Assembly: GCA_963772455.1 (NCBI GenBank)
Contig: CAVYXJ010000007.1
Span: forward strand, 96,001 to 160,000
Direction of reading: 5' to 3'
From: Candidatus Bathyarchaeota archaeon
GTDB lineage: Archaea > Thermoproteota > Bathyarchaeia > Bathyarchaeales > Bathycorpusculaceae
DNA: 64,000 nt
Numbering within the stretch: position 1 is the stretch's first letter; each line of letters begins with the position of its first letter. The notes under the pieces are model-generated. The model had not been told where the DNA came from. It did not search any database and saw only the letters and a program-made list of their open reading frames with translations. Both the position numbers and the translations under genes were made by a program. Positions 9,472 to 19,628 of this stretch are shown here, one piece after another.

Positions 9472-11664
9472 ATGACTTCCAAGATTGCAGCAGATAGACC
9501 AGGCAGTTTTGCCTTACTTAACGGTGATGAAGCAGTTGCACGCGGGGCATTAGAAGCAACCGTTAAAGTCGCAGCTTCCTATCCAGGAACGCCTGCTACC
9601 GAGATTTTAGAGTCGATTGCTGAAGTTGCAAAAGAATTCGGCATTTATGCTGAATGGAGCATTAATGAGATTGTAGCCGCTGAAGTTGCCGCTGGCGCTT
9701 CAATGACTGGAGTACGTTCAATTGTTTCTATGAAGCATGTTGGCTTGAATGTTGCTGCAGATGCTGCTATGACTTTGGCTTATACAGGTGTTGAAGGTGG
9801 AATGATTATCGCTGTTTGCGATGATCCAGCATTGCACAGTAGCCAAAATGAACAAGACACGCGCTACTTCGCTGTTCACTCAAAGTTGCCTTTGTTGGAT
9901 GCTGGCAGTCCGCAAGAAGCTCTTGACATGGCGAAAGAAGCGTTTGCAATTAGCGAAAAGCTTCATTTACCAATTATTCTTCGGCTTACTACACGGGTTG
10001 CTCATGGAAAATCCAGAGTTAAACTTGGCGAGTTTCAAAGAGTTAATCGGAAAGCAGAATTTGACAAGGATTGTTCAAAATGGGTCATGGTCCCATCCAA
10101 TGCTATTCGGCAGCATCGTGTTTTAGAAGGCAGGCTAGCTGATGCAAAAAATCTTTCTGAAAACTCAAAGTTTAATGTTCTTGAAGATAATGACAGTGAA
10201 ATAGGTATCGTTGGAAGCGGTGTTGGCTACTATTATGCCCGCTCAATTTTGGAAACAAAAAAATTTTCTTGGTTAAAATTGGGTTTTGTTCATCCATTCC
10301 CCTCAGAAATAGTAAGAAAATTTGCTTCAAAAGTTAAAAAACTCATAGTAATTGAAGAGTTGAGACCCTACATTGAAGAGAATATTCAGCGATTGAACCT
10401 TCAAGTTTCTGGAAAAAAACAGTTAGGATTAGAAGAAATCGGTGAATTCACGCCGGACAACGTTCGCCAAGCATTTGCGAATTTAGGATTAACCGCCCAA
10501 GCTGAGAAGCAAGAGCCGTTAGATTTGCCGCCAAGACCACCAGCACTTTGTCCAGGTTGCCCTCATAGAGCATTTTACTATGCCTTAAACATGGTAAATC
10601 AATCCGTAAATTGTGACGACGACAAATGCGTAGGCTGTGACATTTGCGAGTATGCATGTTCTTTTGAGAAAGAAAAAGTATTCAACCCTCTCAAATCAAG
10701 AATCCGCTCGGTTAGGATTGGTCAAATTTTCAACACAGCCGTTACCTGCAAAGCCTGCAGCAATGCACCCTGCATTAGAGCTTGTCCTGAAGAGGCAATA
10801 ACTCAGTCCAAAAAAACTGGAGAAATCATAATTGATGCACAGAAATGTAAAGGCTGTGATTGGTGTATTGATTCTTGCAAATACGGTGCCATCACTCTGC
10901 ATCCCAGCAGCCACAAAGCAATAGTTTGCGATACATGTGGCGGCGAACCCAAGTGTATCCCAGCGTGTCCTGAGAGTGCTTTGAGTTTGCGTGGAAAATC
11001 AAACGATAAAATCGTTACAGGTGACATCGGCTGTTATACATTAGGTGTTTTGCCTCCTGTAAACGCGGTTCAATCTTGTCTTTGTATGGGTGCAGGTATC
11101 TCCCAGGCAGCTGGAATGATTCATGCCGGTGTAAAAGACAAAGCGTTTGCAGTTATTGGGGACTCAACTTTTTTCCATTCGGGTATGCCTGGACTATTAA
11201 ACATTGCATATAACAAAGCTAACGTCTGCGTTGTCGTCATGGATAACAGTGTAGTTGCTATGACAGGTCATCAACCCACACCTGGTTCCGGAAAAACCGT
11301 AATGGGTGCAGAAACCAAAATAATTAGAATCCAAGATATAGCAAAAGGAATCGGAATAGAAAAAGTCGAAGTCATCGATCCATATGATCTCGAAAATGCA
11401 ACCAGTAAGATTAGAGAAGCATTAGAGTATCAAGGACCATCAGTCATCATTTCCCAGAGACCATGTCCATTGTTAATTGAACGCGGTACACCCCGAGAAA
11501 TCAAAGACGAATGCAACGCCTGTGGTGTATGCGTTAAAGCCTTCGGTTGCCCCGCCATAAGCCTTACAAGTGAACATGCTCAGATTGACGCATCCCTCTG
11601 TTATGGCTGCGGCGTATGCGAAACAGTATGTCCATTTGACGCCGTAAGGAGAAAAGAAAAATGA
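9472..11664 (+). CDS. iorA: Indolepyruvate:ferredoxin oxidoreductase alpha subunit with an internal 4Fe-4S polyferredoxin insertion
   Basis: GDEAVARGA, YPGTP, SMKHVGLN, SQNEQD, CPGCPH, GDIGCY, GDSTFFHSG, C-terminal 2x[4Fe-4S]; extra Cys-rich domain at 10597-11007. Confidence 0.93.
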   Translation: MTSKIAADRPGSFALLNGDEAVARGALEATVKVAASYPGTPATEILESIAEVAKEFGIYAEWSINEIVAAEVAAGASMTGVRSIVSMKHVGLNVAADAAMTLAYTGVEGGMIIAVCDDPALHSSQNEQDTRYFAVHSKLPLLDAGSPQEALDMAKEAFAISEKLHLPIILRLTTRVAHGKSRVKLGEFQRVNRKAEFDKDCSKWVMVPSNAIRQHRVLEGRLADAKNLSENSKFNVLEDNDSEIGIVGSGVGYYYARSILETKKFSWLKLGFVHPFPSEIVRKFASKVKKLIVIEELRPYIEENIQRLNLQVSGKKQLGLEEIGEFTPDNVRQAFANLGLTAQAEKQEPLDLPPRPPALCPGCPHRAFYYALNMVNQSVNCDDDKCVGCDICEYACSFEKEKVFNPLKSRIRSVRIGQIFNTAVTCKACSNAPCIRACPEEAITQSKKTGEIIIDAQKCKGCDWCIDSCKYGAITLHPSSHKAIVCDTCGGEPKCIPACPESALSLRGKSNDKIVTGDIGCYTLGVLPPVNAVQSCLCMGAGISQAAGMIHAGVKDKAFAVIGDSTFFHSGMPGLLNIAYNKANVCVVVMDNSVVAMTGHQPTPGSGKTVMGAETKIIRIQDIAKGIGIEKVEVIDPYDLENATSKIREALEYQGPSVIISQRPCPLLIERGTPREIKDECNACGVCVKAFGCPAISLTSEHAQIDASLCYGCGVCETVCPFDAVRRKEK

Positions 11665-12248
11665 AATTAGATATTGTTTTCAGCGGCGTCGGCGGCCAGG
11701 GAGTAGTTGTTTTAAGCGATATTTACTGTGAAGCGGCAATATTGGAGGGCTTTGATGTTGGAAAAGCTGAGATTCATGGTATGGCTCAACGTGGAGGATC
11801 AATTGTTGCTTATGCAAGAATCGGTACTAAAGTTGAGTCTCCTCTTATTGAAACGGGAAAAGCAGATGTTGTTGTGGGGTTTGAAATTTTAGAAACCGCT
11901 AGAGCTTTGCCAATGCTCAAAACTAGTGGCACTGTGGTTGTCAATATGAAGTACATTCCACCCAATTGCATGGTTGCAGGGGCTAAGCCCAAGAAATCTG
12001 AGGATTTGATGGCGTTACTTAGGGTAAAAGCGTTGGTTCATGAAGTGGACGGCGTTGGCATTGCCGAAAAATTAGGAAATATGCTGGTTGTTAACACGAT
12101 TCTATTGGGTGCATTATCGGCTCTTCCAGAAATACCAGTGAAAAGAGATTCTTTTGAGCAAGCTATAGCTGGTAGACTAAAAGAAAAATACATAAAATTG
12201 AATTTGAAAGCGTTCCAACTTGGTCGAGAAAGCGTGTTAAAGAGTTAA
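11661..12248 (+). CDS. iorB: Indolepyruvate:ferredoxin oxidoreductase beta subunit
   Basis: GVGGQG, EIHGMAQRGGS, NTILLGA, NLKAFQLG; ATGA overlap with iorA. Confidence 0.95.
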   Translation: MKLDIVFSGVGGQGVVVLSDIYCEAAILEGFDVGKAEIHGMAQRGGSIVAYARIGTKVESPLIETGKADVVVGFEILETARALPMLKTSGTVVVNMKYIPPNCMVAGAKPKKSEDLMALLRVKALVHEVDGVGIAEKLGNMLVVNTILLGALSALPEIPVKRDSFEQAIAGRLKEKYIKLNLKAFQLGRESVLKS

Positions 12249-12299
12249 TTTTATTAACAGTTTGCTTTGATATAGCAAAGAAAACAAGAGGATGTAAAA

Positions 12300-13676
12300 T
12301 TGCAAAAGAAAATACTAGCTATACTTATAGTTGTAATAATTGCCGTTGCAGCAGTAGCAGCAATAGCTACACAATTAACCCCAAAACCAGTATCAGCTGA
12401 CGCAAGAGACATAAAGATAGGATTAGTTGCGCCTATATCAGGGTCGCCGATTGGACAAGACATGGAACGTGCCGCTCGACTCGCTGTCAAGGAAATCAAT
12501 GATGCAGGCGGTGTTTCCGTTTCAGGCTGGAACACCAATGTAAACCTCACCCTTGTCATCGCTGACACAATCAATGATGCCCCCGCAAACGCAGTAACTC
12601 CAGTTACCCGAGCAGTAGAAACAGACAATGTCGACCTGCTAATTGGAGGATATGGCAGTGCTGGAACACTTGCAAACGAGATAGTAGCTATCGAAAACAA
12701 AGTGCCATACATAATCTCTGGAGCCTCCAATCAACTCGTAACAAGAAGAGGACCACAAGGTAATTATGGCGGCTTTGGCGCAGATGGCGCAAATAGCATA
12801 AGCGATGCAGAAGGTATGAGCTATATCTTCCATTACTGTACAACAACTTACCACTACAGCAAAACAGTAGTAGACTTCTTCGCAACCGAAATGAAACCCT
12901 TAGTTGCAGCAGAACGAAATTTTAGTCTAGCACTTCTTTACCGCAATGACGCTTTCGGAACAGGAGTTGCACAAGCAACCAAATTCTGGATACAGAATGA
13001 AAACCTCCCAATCAGCATTGTTGCAGACAGAAGCTACGATCCTACAACAACAAACTATCAAACTGACCTAACAGCAGTTGCCGCAACACATCCAGACGCA
13101 GTATTCATCGCAGACAACCCTGACAAGACACCGCTTATAATAAAACAAGGTTGGAACGACGTTGGCCTGAAATCAGTCTACATTGCAGTTGAAAATAACC
13201 AAGACGAAGCATTCTATGACCTTCTGGGAAGCGTCGGTGATGGACAACTACTTGAGTCGAAACTTAACCCTTTCATGACACCTTCATACTCGACAGTTGT
13301 AGAAAACTATGCAAAGGCTTTCGATAAAGCATATCCACATATTATGCCAGGAATGATGGGTGCCGACACATACGATGCCGTCTACATCGCTAAAGACGCG
13401 ATCCAAAGAGCAGGAACAGTTGATAAAGCAGCAGTCCGTACAGCAATTGAGAACACAAATATCGATCAAATGCTTATTCAAACAAAGACAGGTAAAATAC
13501 AGTTTAGCACAGGCGTTAATTACCACGAAATCGACCCCGTAACCTTCATAGAGCAACTCAAATGGGATACAACAACTAACCATCTGACTTCACAAATAGT
13601 TTGGTCACCACCAGGCAACACCAACCTCAAACAAGCAAACTTCGTTTTACCAACCGGCTACCAAGCTGGACAGTAA
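12300..13676 (+). CDS. LIV-type ABC transporter substrate-binding protein (membrane-anchored)
   Basis: N-terminal TM/signal, IKIGLVAP.SG, INDAGG, YRNDAFG, YDAVY; inside the liv cluster. Confidence 0.9.
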   Translation: MQKKILAILIVVIIAVAAVAAIATQLTPKPVSADARDIKIGLVAPISGSPIGQDMERAARLAVKEINDAGGVSVSGWNTNVNLTLVIADTINDAPANAVTPVTRAVETDNVDLLIGGYGSAGTLANEIVAIENKVPYIISGASNQLVTRRGPQGNYGGFGADGANSISDAEGMSYIFHYCTTTYHYSKTVVDFFATEMKPLVAAERNFSLALLYRNDAFGTGVAQATKFWIQNENLPISIVADRSYDPTTTNYQTDLTAVAATHPDAVFIADNPDKTPLIIKQGWNDVGLKSVYIAVENNQDEAFYDLLGSVGDGQLLESKLNPFMTPSYSTVVENYAKAFDKAYPHIMPGMMGADTYDAVYIAKDAIQRAGTVDKAAVRTAIENTNIDQMLIQTKTGKIQFSTGVNYHEIDPVTFIEQLKWDTTTNHLTSQIVWSPPGNTNLKQANFVLPTGYQAGQ

Positions 13677-13779
13677 ACAAAAACAATCTCCTTCCTTTTC
13701 TTTTGTTTCTCGCATGTTTTAAATAGTTAACATGAGAAGTTATTTCAATCGCTAAACCAAAGAAGGGATACGTTAAACC

Positions 13780-14658
13780 ATGGACATAACGGCACCAACA
13801 ATTATTTTGACTTTAGTTTGGGGTGTCGCTATTGGTTGTGTATACATTCTTTTGGCAACGGGTTTAAACATTATCTTTGGCGTAATGAAACTCGTAAATT
13901 TTGCTCATGGTCAGTTGCTAATGATAAGTGCATTCTTAACTTGGACTATCTCTGTTTCATTGGGGGTAAACGCCTATCTCGCTATACTTTTTTCCATGAT
14001 TATTGTTGCCCTATTAGGTGTAGTAGTGGAAAGGTTCACTTTCCGCATGGTTCTGGGTACAGACAAACTTAACGAAATTTTCGTAAGCTTAGGTTTAATC
14101 TATATTTTTGAAAACATAGCCATGCTCATTTGGGGAGCCTCCTCAAAGCAGGTAGTAAGCCCTTTTTACGGAATGAGTGTGAGCTTACCAGGTTTATCCA
14201 TAACTTATGACCGCGTCATAGCCGTCTTCGTTGTAGTTTCTGCACTAGTAATTTTTGGGTTTCTTCTTTGGAAAACAAAAATTGGCTTAGCAATGCGAGC
14301 AACAAGCCAAAGAAACACAACAGCAACGCTAATGGGTATAAACGTGCAAAAAGTCTACATGTTCACCTTCGCAATAGGAGCAGCTTTAGCTGCGATTGCT
14401 GGTGGTCTGTATGGCGTAATTTACCCATTTGACTATCAAGTGGGAGCTTTGCCTACAATTATTGCTTTTGCCATCATTATTATGGGCGGCTTAGGAAGCA
14501 TAAAAGGAGCCATTATTGGCGGATTGCTCTATGGCATAACAGAGCAAATTGCGACATTGTTTTTGGGAGGCACTTGGGGAAGCGCGATTGCCTTCTCTTT
14601 GCTAATAGTTGTTCTCATAATTCGACCTAACGGAATATTCGGGGAAAAGGGAGATTAG
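13780..14658 (+). CDS. livH: LIV-type ABC permease (LivH-like)
   Basis: GLNIIFGVMKLVNFAHG, GLAMRA, GGLGSIKGA, RPNGIFG. Confidence 0.93.
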   Translation: MDITAPTIILTLVWGVAIGCVYILLATGLNIIFGVMKLVNFAHGQLLMISAFLTWTISVSLGVNAYLAILFSMIIVALLGVVVERFTFRMVLGTDKLNEIFVSLGLIYIFENIAMLIWGASSKQVVSPFYGMSVSLPGLSITYDRVIAVFVVVSALVIFGFLLWKTKIGLAMRATSQRNTTATLMGINVQKVYMFTFAIGAALAAIAGGLYGVIYPFDYQVGALPTIIAFAIIIMGGLGSIKGAIIGGLLYGITEQIATLFLGGTWGSAIAFSLLIVVLIIRPNGIFGEKGD

Positions 14659-14659
14659 A

Positions 14660-15754
14660 ATGCAACTCAAAAATTCTCTTAACACGTTTTTGCATTCCAG
14701 AAACTTCCTCTTCATAATTGTCTTCTTTGTTATCACAGCTTTTGTTCCATTAATTGTTGGAGAAAATTTCTTCCTAACTGTCATGACATTAATAATCATC
14801 TTTGCAATTTACGCGGCAAGCTGGAATTTCTTGGCAAATTCAGGGCAGGGTTCTTTGGGACATGCGGTATTTTTGGGTGTAGGGGGTTTCGCTTCTGCAA
14901 TAATTGGGAGCTCAATATCAAAAGCAACTGTCAACTTTCTGAACTTATCACAAATGCCAATTGGCGCTTTATCTGTCACCATTTTAATATTAGCGCTATT
15001 GCTAGGAGGGTTGCTTTCAGCAGGAATTGGCTTACTGATTGGTTTAGCCTGTATAAGATTAAAGGCATGGTACCTAGCTATGGTAACGTTTGGTTTTTCA
15101 GTGATAGCGGCTACATTGTCAAGCCAATTTGACTCCATCACTCAAGGAATAAATGGATATGCTACTACAACACTCGTTACCAAAGGTTATCCATTCTATA
15201 TTCTTGTTATCCTCTTTGCTGTGACCTCCATTTCGGTAATGTATTTTATTATGAGTTCAAGAATGGGGTTAGCATTCAGAGCTATCCATGGAAATGAATC
15301 AGAAGCAAAGATGATTGGCATAAACACTGCAAAGTACAAGTTGCTTGCGTTTGTCATAAGCACATTCTTCGCCGGGATATCTGGAGGCTTGTACGCCTAT
15401 TTTATCAGACTAATCGATAACTCTGTGTTTTCACCAGCTAACTCATTTTTGCCTCTAATAATGTCAGTAATCGGAGGCTTAGGAACAGTACCGGGACCAA
15501 TAATAGGATCAATATTCTTTGTCTCAATACAACAAATCTCAACATTGCCCAGTGTAGTTGACTCATTAAATGGATCACTCGGTTCTTACTTCCCAAGTGT
15601 CAGCAACGTTGGACCACCTTTGAGCCTTCTATTCATAGGAGTAATCCTCATAATTATCGTGATTTTCGCTCCAAAAGGCTTGATTTCGCTATTCAACAAA
15701 ATCTACAAATACTTGATGAGTGAGGAAAAACCAAAAAAGGTAAAGACTAAATGA
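14660..15754 (+). CDS. livM: LIV-type ABC permease (LivM-like)
   Basis: GQGSLGHAVF, YLAMVT, GLAFRAI..NE..A..IGIN, GGLGT, PKGL. Confidence 0.92.
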   Translation: MQLKNSLNTFLHSRNFLFIIVFFVITAFVPLIVGENFFLTVMTLIIIFAIYAASWNFLANSGQGSLGHAVFLGVGGFASAIIGSSISKATVNFLNLSQMPIGALSVTILILALLLGGLLSAGIGLLIGLACIRLKAWYLAMVTFGFSVIAATLSSQFDSITQGINGYATTTLVTKGYPFYILVILFAVTSISVMYFIMSSRMGLAFRAIHGNESEAKMIGINTAKYKLLAFVISTFFAGISGGLYAYFIRLIDNSVFSPANSFLPLIMSVIGGLGTVPGPIIGSIFFVSIQQISTLPSVVDSLNGSLGSYFPSVSNVGPPLSLLFIGVILIIIVIFAPKGLISLFNKIYKYLMSEEKPKKVKTK

Positions 15755-16113
15755 AAGGCATTGATCAATTTGCAGAAGCCTTAGGGATCAAAGTTCTTGA
15801 AGGAAAAGATGGCTACGCCAAAGTCTCCATGAAAGTTGAAAAAAACCACACGAATGCATTAGGCTTCACTCATGGCGGCGTAATCTTTTCTCTTGCTGAC
15901 TACGCTTTTGCACAAGCATGCAATTTTGGAGACAACATAGCAGTGGCGATTCAGGTAAGCATAAACTTTTTGAAGCCATCGGTTGAGGGCGACATTTTGA
16001 TAGCTGAGGCTACTCGGGTTTCAGACGGAAAAACCACTGGTTTATACCAAGTTACTGTTCGAAAAGAAGACAAACCCATAGCCTTATTCACGGGGTTAGC
16101 TTACAAAAAATAG
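15751..16113 (+). CDS. paaI: PaaI-family hotdog-fold aryl-CoA thioesterase
   Basis: N..G..HGGVIFSLADYAFAQACN. Confidence 0.92.
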   Translation: MKGIDQFAEALGIKVLEGKDGYAKVSMKVEKNHTNALGFTHGGVIFSLADYAFAQACNFGDNIAVAIQVSINFLKPSVEGDILIAEATRVSDGKTTGLYQVTVRKEDKPIALFTGLAYKK

Positions 16114-16202
16114 CTTCAATCAACCAAACGCTATATAGATATAACAGAAAACGGAACATAGCCAACAATATTTTTATGTCAGACAAACCCTAGAATCTTG
16201 AT

Positions 16203-16278
16203 GCTGGGGTGGCCGAACGGTTCAGGCGGTAGCCTGCAGAGCTGCTCTATATGGGTTCAACTCCCATCCCCAGCTCCA
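16203..16278 (+). tRNA. tRNA-Cys(GCA), intronless, CCA encoded
   Basis: Acceptor stem GCTGGGG/CCCCAGC, anticodon arm GTAGC-CTGCAGA-GCTGC, T-loop GGTTCAACTCC, U73 discriminator, then CCA. Confidence 0.96.
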
Positions 16279-16433
16279 TTGGTTGAATCTACAAACTAAG
16301 GATATTCTCTCAGATTCTGTTATTATACGAGTTTTCGCTGTAGTCAAAGTAGGATCTTCCACAAATCTTCTTAAAAATAATTAACTGCCTTGAAATAATC
16401 TGCCTAATAATCATAATCTCGCGCTCATAACGA

Positions 16434-17913
16434 TTAACTATTATGTGAGCTATCTGGATCTTTAACTAAATGATTAGGAATAGATATTACAAATTTTGCT
16501 CCTTCGCCTAGTTCACCCTCTTCAACTATGCGCCAACCATAAACGTCTATCATTTTTTTGGTAAGGAATAATCCAAATCCTGTACTACCGCCTGTGCTAA
16601 AACCTTCTTTAAAGAGACTCGTTTTGTTTTCTAAAGGTATACCAACGCCGTCGTCTTCATAAATCAGGTTCAAATTATCTCTCAGTTTTCTGGTAATAAA
16701 CTCTTATTGTAGTTGTTTTCTGCCCATATTTGTTTGTGTTATCGATGAAATTATAGAAGAGTTGCCTTAGAAATGAATCAGCCAAAACTGTTAACCCTTT
16801 GCAATCATTAATTATTTTTGGCATAGGCCCTGAAAAGAGAGCAGCTGCTTCATTTAGCACCTTTTCAACATCAATGTAAGTCAACTCTTGCATACCAATT
16901 TGTTCATACATTTTAGCAAAATCAAAGATCTTCATTGAATCCTTAACAGCTTGTTCCATCTTGTTTAATCCTTCAACAATATCTGTTTTCTCAGCATGTT
17001 TTTTCTTAAGTAGATAAACATAGCCAGTTACAGTTGAAAGCTTGTTACGAACATCATGTCTGGTCAAACTGCCTACAACACCTAGTTTTTCATTGGCTAA
17101 AACCAATTTCTCCATTGTTCGATTCAATTCTAACTCAACATTTTTTCGTTCTGTGATTTCCCTTAAAAGATCAATTTTGGAAGCAGTTACAGTTTTCAAA
17201 TGCGAAGTCATTTGGTTGAAAGCAACAGCAAGGTCACCAATTTCGTCTTTCTGATTAACTTTGATTTGGTATTCCAAATTGCCTGAACCAATAATGGCAG
17301 TTGCAGATTTGAGACCTAAAATAGATTTTAAAGTCCGGCGATAGGTTATGAGATAATTCGTAAGAAAATACGCTCCAAACAAACCAAAAACCACTAGAAT
17401 TAATTCAGTTATTCTTAGTCTGACTTGAGTTGCTTGATCAGATATACTGTTAATCAACATTGCAGAATCAATATTGAGTGTTTGATATTGTTCAGAGGTT
17501 TGGTTCCAAGCCGTTTGAAATTCTGGCGTGGCTCTTACACTTGTATTTCTGGAGGAGAACCAAAGAAAAGTCACTACATCACTATAACTAAGAGCAATAT
17601 CTCCTAAGTCAGTTTTGATGTTATTAACTAAATATAATTGTTGATGAGTAGTTGAATTGAGTTTTGAAATTTCATCATAAATTGAAATAAACGTTGTTTT
17701 CCACTCAAGAAGTTTTGTTTGGTTTTCATAGAGAAAGAAATTATCTGTTAGATAGCCAAGATTGATTGCTTGAGCCTGAATGTTATTCGCGGATTGTGCT
17801 TGTTTAGTAAGGATTGATAATTGTTGATTTTCAGCGACCAAAGATGCAATAACAATTAGTATAGCAATTGCAAAGACAACTATGCTGAGGATAAACTGTC
17901 TTTTAATTCTCAA
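16434..17913 (-). pseudogene. Membrane-bound HAMP sensor histidine kinase, frameshifted within HATPase_c
   Basis: 16675-17913 has TM-sensor-TM-HAMP, H-box (RHDVRN) and N-box; 16434-16673 has G1/G2 (YEDDGVGIP, GTGFGL-like); shift at GAGAGA near 16677-16683. Confidence 0.85.
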
Positions 17914-18234
17914 TTTATCTCCTGCTTAATTGCCCATTTAAACATGACCAATAGCTATTGATTTGATAATAAGTAAATTATGAATCCGGAATACTGGAAA
18001 ATTTTTAGGATGCAATATCTGAATAGTTGGTTGCCTTTGTGCCGTTTCATTTGATCTGCCTAAATGTTCTTGAACGATATCAACAAAAAGACAGAATTGT
18101 TTAGAAACTTTCAAAGTTGAATCCGAATATCGCTTGAAAAGCAAACGTAATCTAATTAAATCTTCTATAGTTTTTAATCTTAATGACAAGTTTTTTTAAT
18201 GTAAAGATTCTATTATTAATTGGAGAGCATTTGA

Positions 18235-18444
18235 ATGGCTGTTATTGAATGCCCCTTCTGTTTTGAAATTCTCGAAATTGAACCGCCAGACAGACTTCAT
18301 TCGGCGTTTTCATTTGCCAAACCGATTCCGAAAATCTTTCATCACAAAGTTACCAAGAAAAATTATAAATGCAATAATCCCGAGTGCAACAAACCAATTT
18401 CAGTTTTCTGGTATGCTCCTCTAGAATATTTTAGCAGAATATAA
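18235..18444 (+). CDS. Small putative zinc-binding protein
   Basis: CPFC...CNNPEC; GGAG SD before the ATG. Confidence 0.7.
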   Translation: MAVIECPFCFEILEIEPPDRLHSAFSFAKPIPKIFHHKVTKKNYKCNNPECNKPISVFWYAPLEYFSRI

Positions 18445-18513
18445 CAAAATTCTTCAGTGGGGCTAAAAAGCTTAAAACCCAAATTGCACTATTAGAGGAT
18501 ATGCTGATAATTT

Positions 18514-18732
18514 ATGGACGATAATGTTTTAGTAACAATAACTGTAAGTCGAAAAAAAGATGAAATCCTCTACAAAGTTGACTGCGCGAAAGAAGTCAAG
18601 AGCGAAGAATTAGCGCATTATCTTGACGAAATTATCGAAGGTATATGCACTTGGAAACCACAGGTTTGCGAAGAAACAGTTCAAACTATCGTTGGAGTCA
18701 TAAGAGCACCTAACAGAAATAATAATAAATAA
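18514..18732 (+). CDS. Hypothetical small protein
   Basis: ATG ORF with upstream TATA-like and GAGG elements; protein-like composition. Confidence 0.55.
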   Translation: MDDNVLVTITVSRKKDEILYKVDCAKEVKSEELAHYLDEIIEGICTWKPQVCEETVQTIVGVIRAPNRNNNK

Positions 18733-18840
18733 AAGGAAAATCTTCAATATAAAAAAATTTCTTATTAAAGTAAGCTAAACTATAATTATGGAAAAATAAA
18801 GCTGGGGATCCCCCAAAATATTGATCCAGATATTTATTGC

Positions 18841-19251
18841 CTATTTTTTTGTTTTGAAATATTCTTTCATCGGATCCCAGTAGAATTCTCTCCATCCCTC
18901 AGCGGTCTCTGCTTCTTGATCCTTGGGAACGTTCGAGTGAACCATTGTTATTTCGGTTCCTTTTGGCACTGCACGGAAAGTCAACTCCAACTTTGATGGA
19001 GGATAATCTTCCGGAAAATCCGTCGACTTCCATTCTTGAACTACGCGTTTTCCTTCCTCAAGCTCTAAAAATGTGCCAAAGATATATCCATCCCAAGCTG
19101 TGAATTTCCCGCCAACCACTGGGTTGCCAGTGGCTTTGCTGTCAGTGAATTCACTGTGTTTTTTTGGGTCCACGTAAGCTTCATAGACCTGTTTTGGAGA
19201 GACTTTTGGTATAGTTACTTTCTGAGTTATTGTTGCTACATCATTCTTCAA
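18841..19251 (-). CDS. SRPBCC/AHA1-like (START-fold) protein
   Basis: VYEAY.D, GGKFTAWDG, VQEW, GW.EFYW.PMK.YF; likely TTG start at 19251 (ORF open to 19308). Confidence 0.88.
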   Translation of the reverse strand: MKNDVATITQKVTIPKVSPKQVYEAYVDPKKHSEFTDSKATGNPVVGGKFTAWDGYIFGTFLELEEGKRVVQEWKSTDFPEDYPPSKLELTFRAVPKGTEITMVHSNVPKDQEAETAEGWREFYWDPMKEYFKTKK

Positions 19252-19412
19252 ACTACCACTACCATTAATAGGTATAACAAAAAGAGCTTTTATCTCTGAC
19301 GCTTCCAAGTGCCCCTTGATTCTAAAATAAATTAAATTTTAACAAACAAGGACATTAAAAAATAATTTTGAAACCGAAAATCTAAATGACACGGGAACAA
19401 TTTAAATAATCA

Positions 19413-19628
19413 GTGAAGAAAATGGGAAGATGTACAGTTACTAAAGGCCAACGGCAGCTGGGCAGAAAAATTAGAAAACTTGAAAACAGCGTTGAATTAA
19501 GCAGTAACGAATGCAAAGCTAAAGTGGCCGAACAAAAATACAAACAGAAAACTCAGGAAACCCAAGGATTCACAACTGAATCTCCAGTGCAGAACTTACG
19601 CGATGCATCAAAATGGAAGAAAGACTAA
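19413..19628 (+). CDS. Hypothetical small basic protein
   Basis: ORF downstream of TTTAAATA; no family recognised. Confidence 0.5.
   Translation: MKKMGRCTVTKGQRQLGRKIRKLENSVELSSNECKAKVAEQKYKQKTQETQGFTTESPVQNLRDASKWKKD

Noticed and set aside
13707-13738. CATGTT...AACATG inverted repeat around the livH TATA box
   Set aside because: Short and imperfect, with no second copy found in the cluster's other promoters.
17938-18189. 83-aa minus-strand ORF upstream of the kinase
   Set aside because: No recognisable motif (not a receiver domain) and AT-rich; likely spurious.
18800-18812. AGCTGGGGAT, the reverse complement of part of the tRNA-Cys 3' end, as a possible att site
   Set aside because: Only 10 bp, inverted rather than direct, part of a local GGGGATCCCC palindrome between convergent genes, and no integrase nearby.
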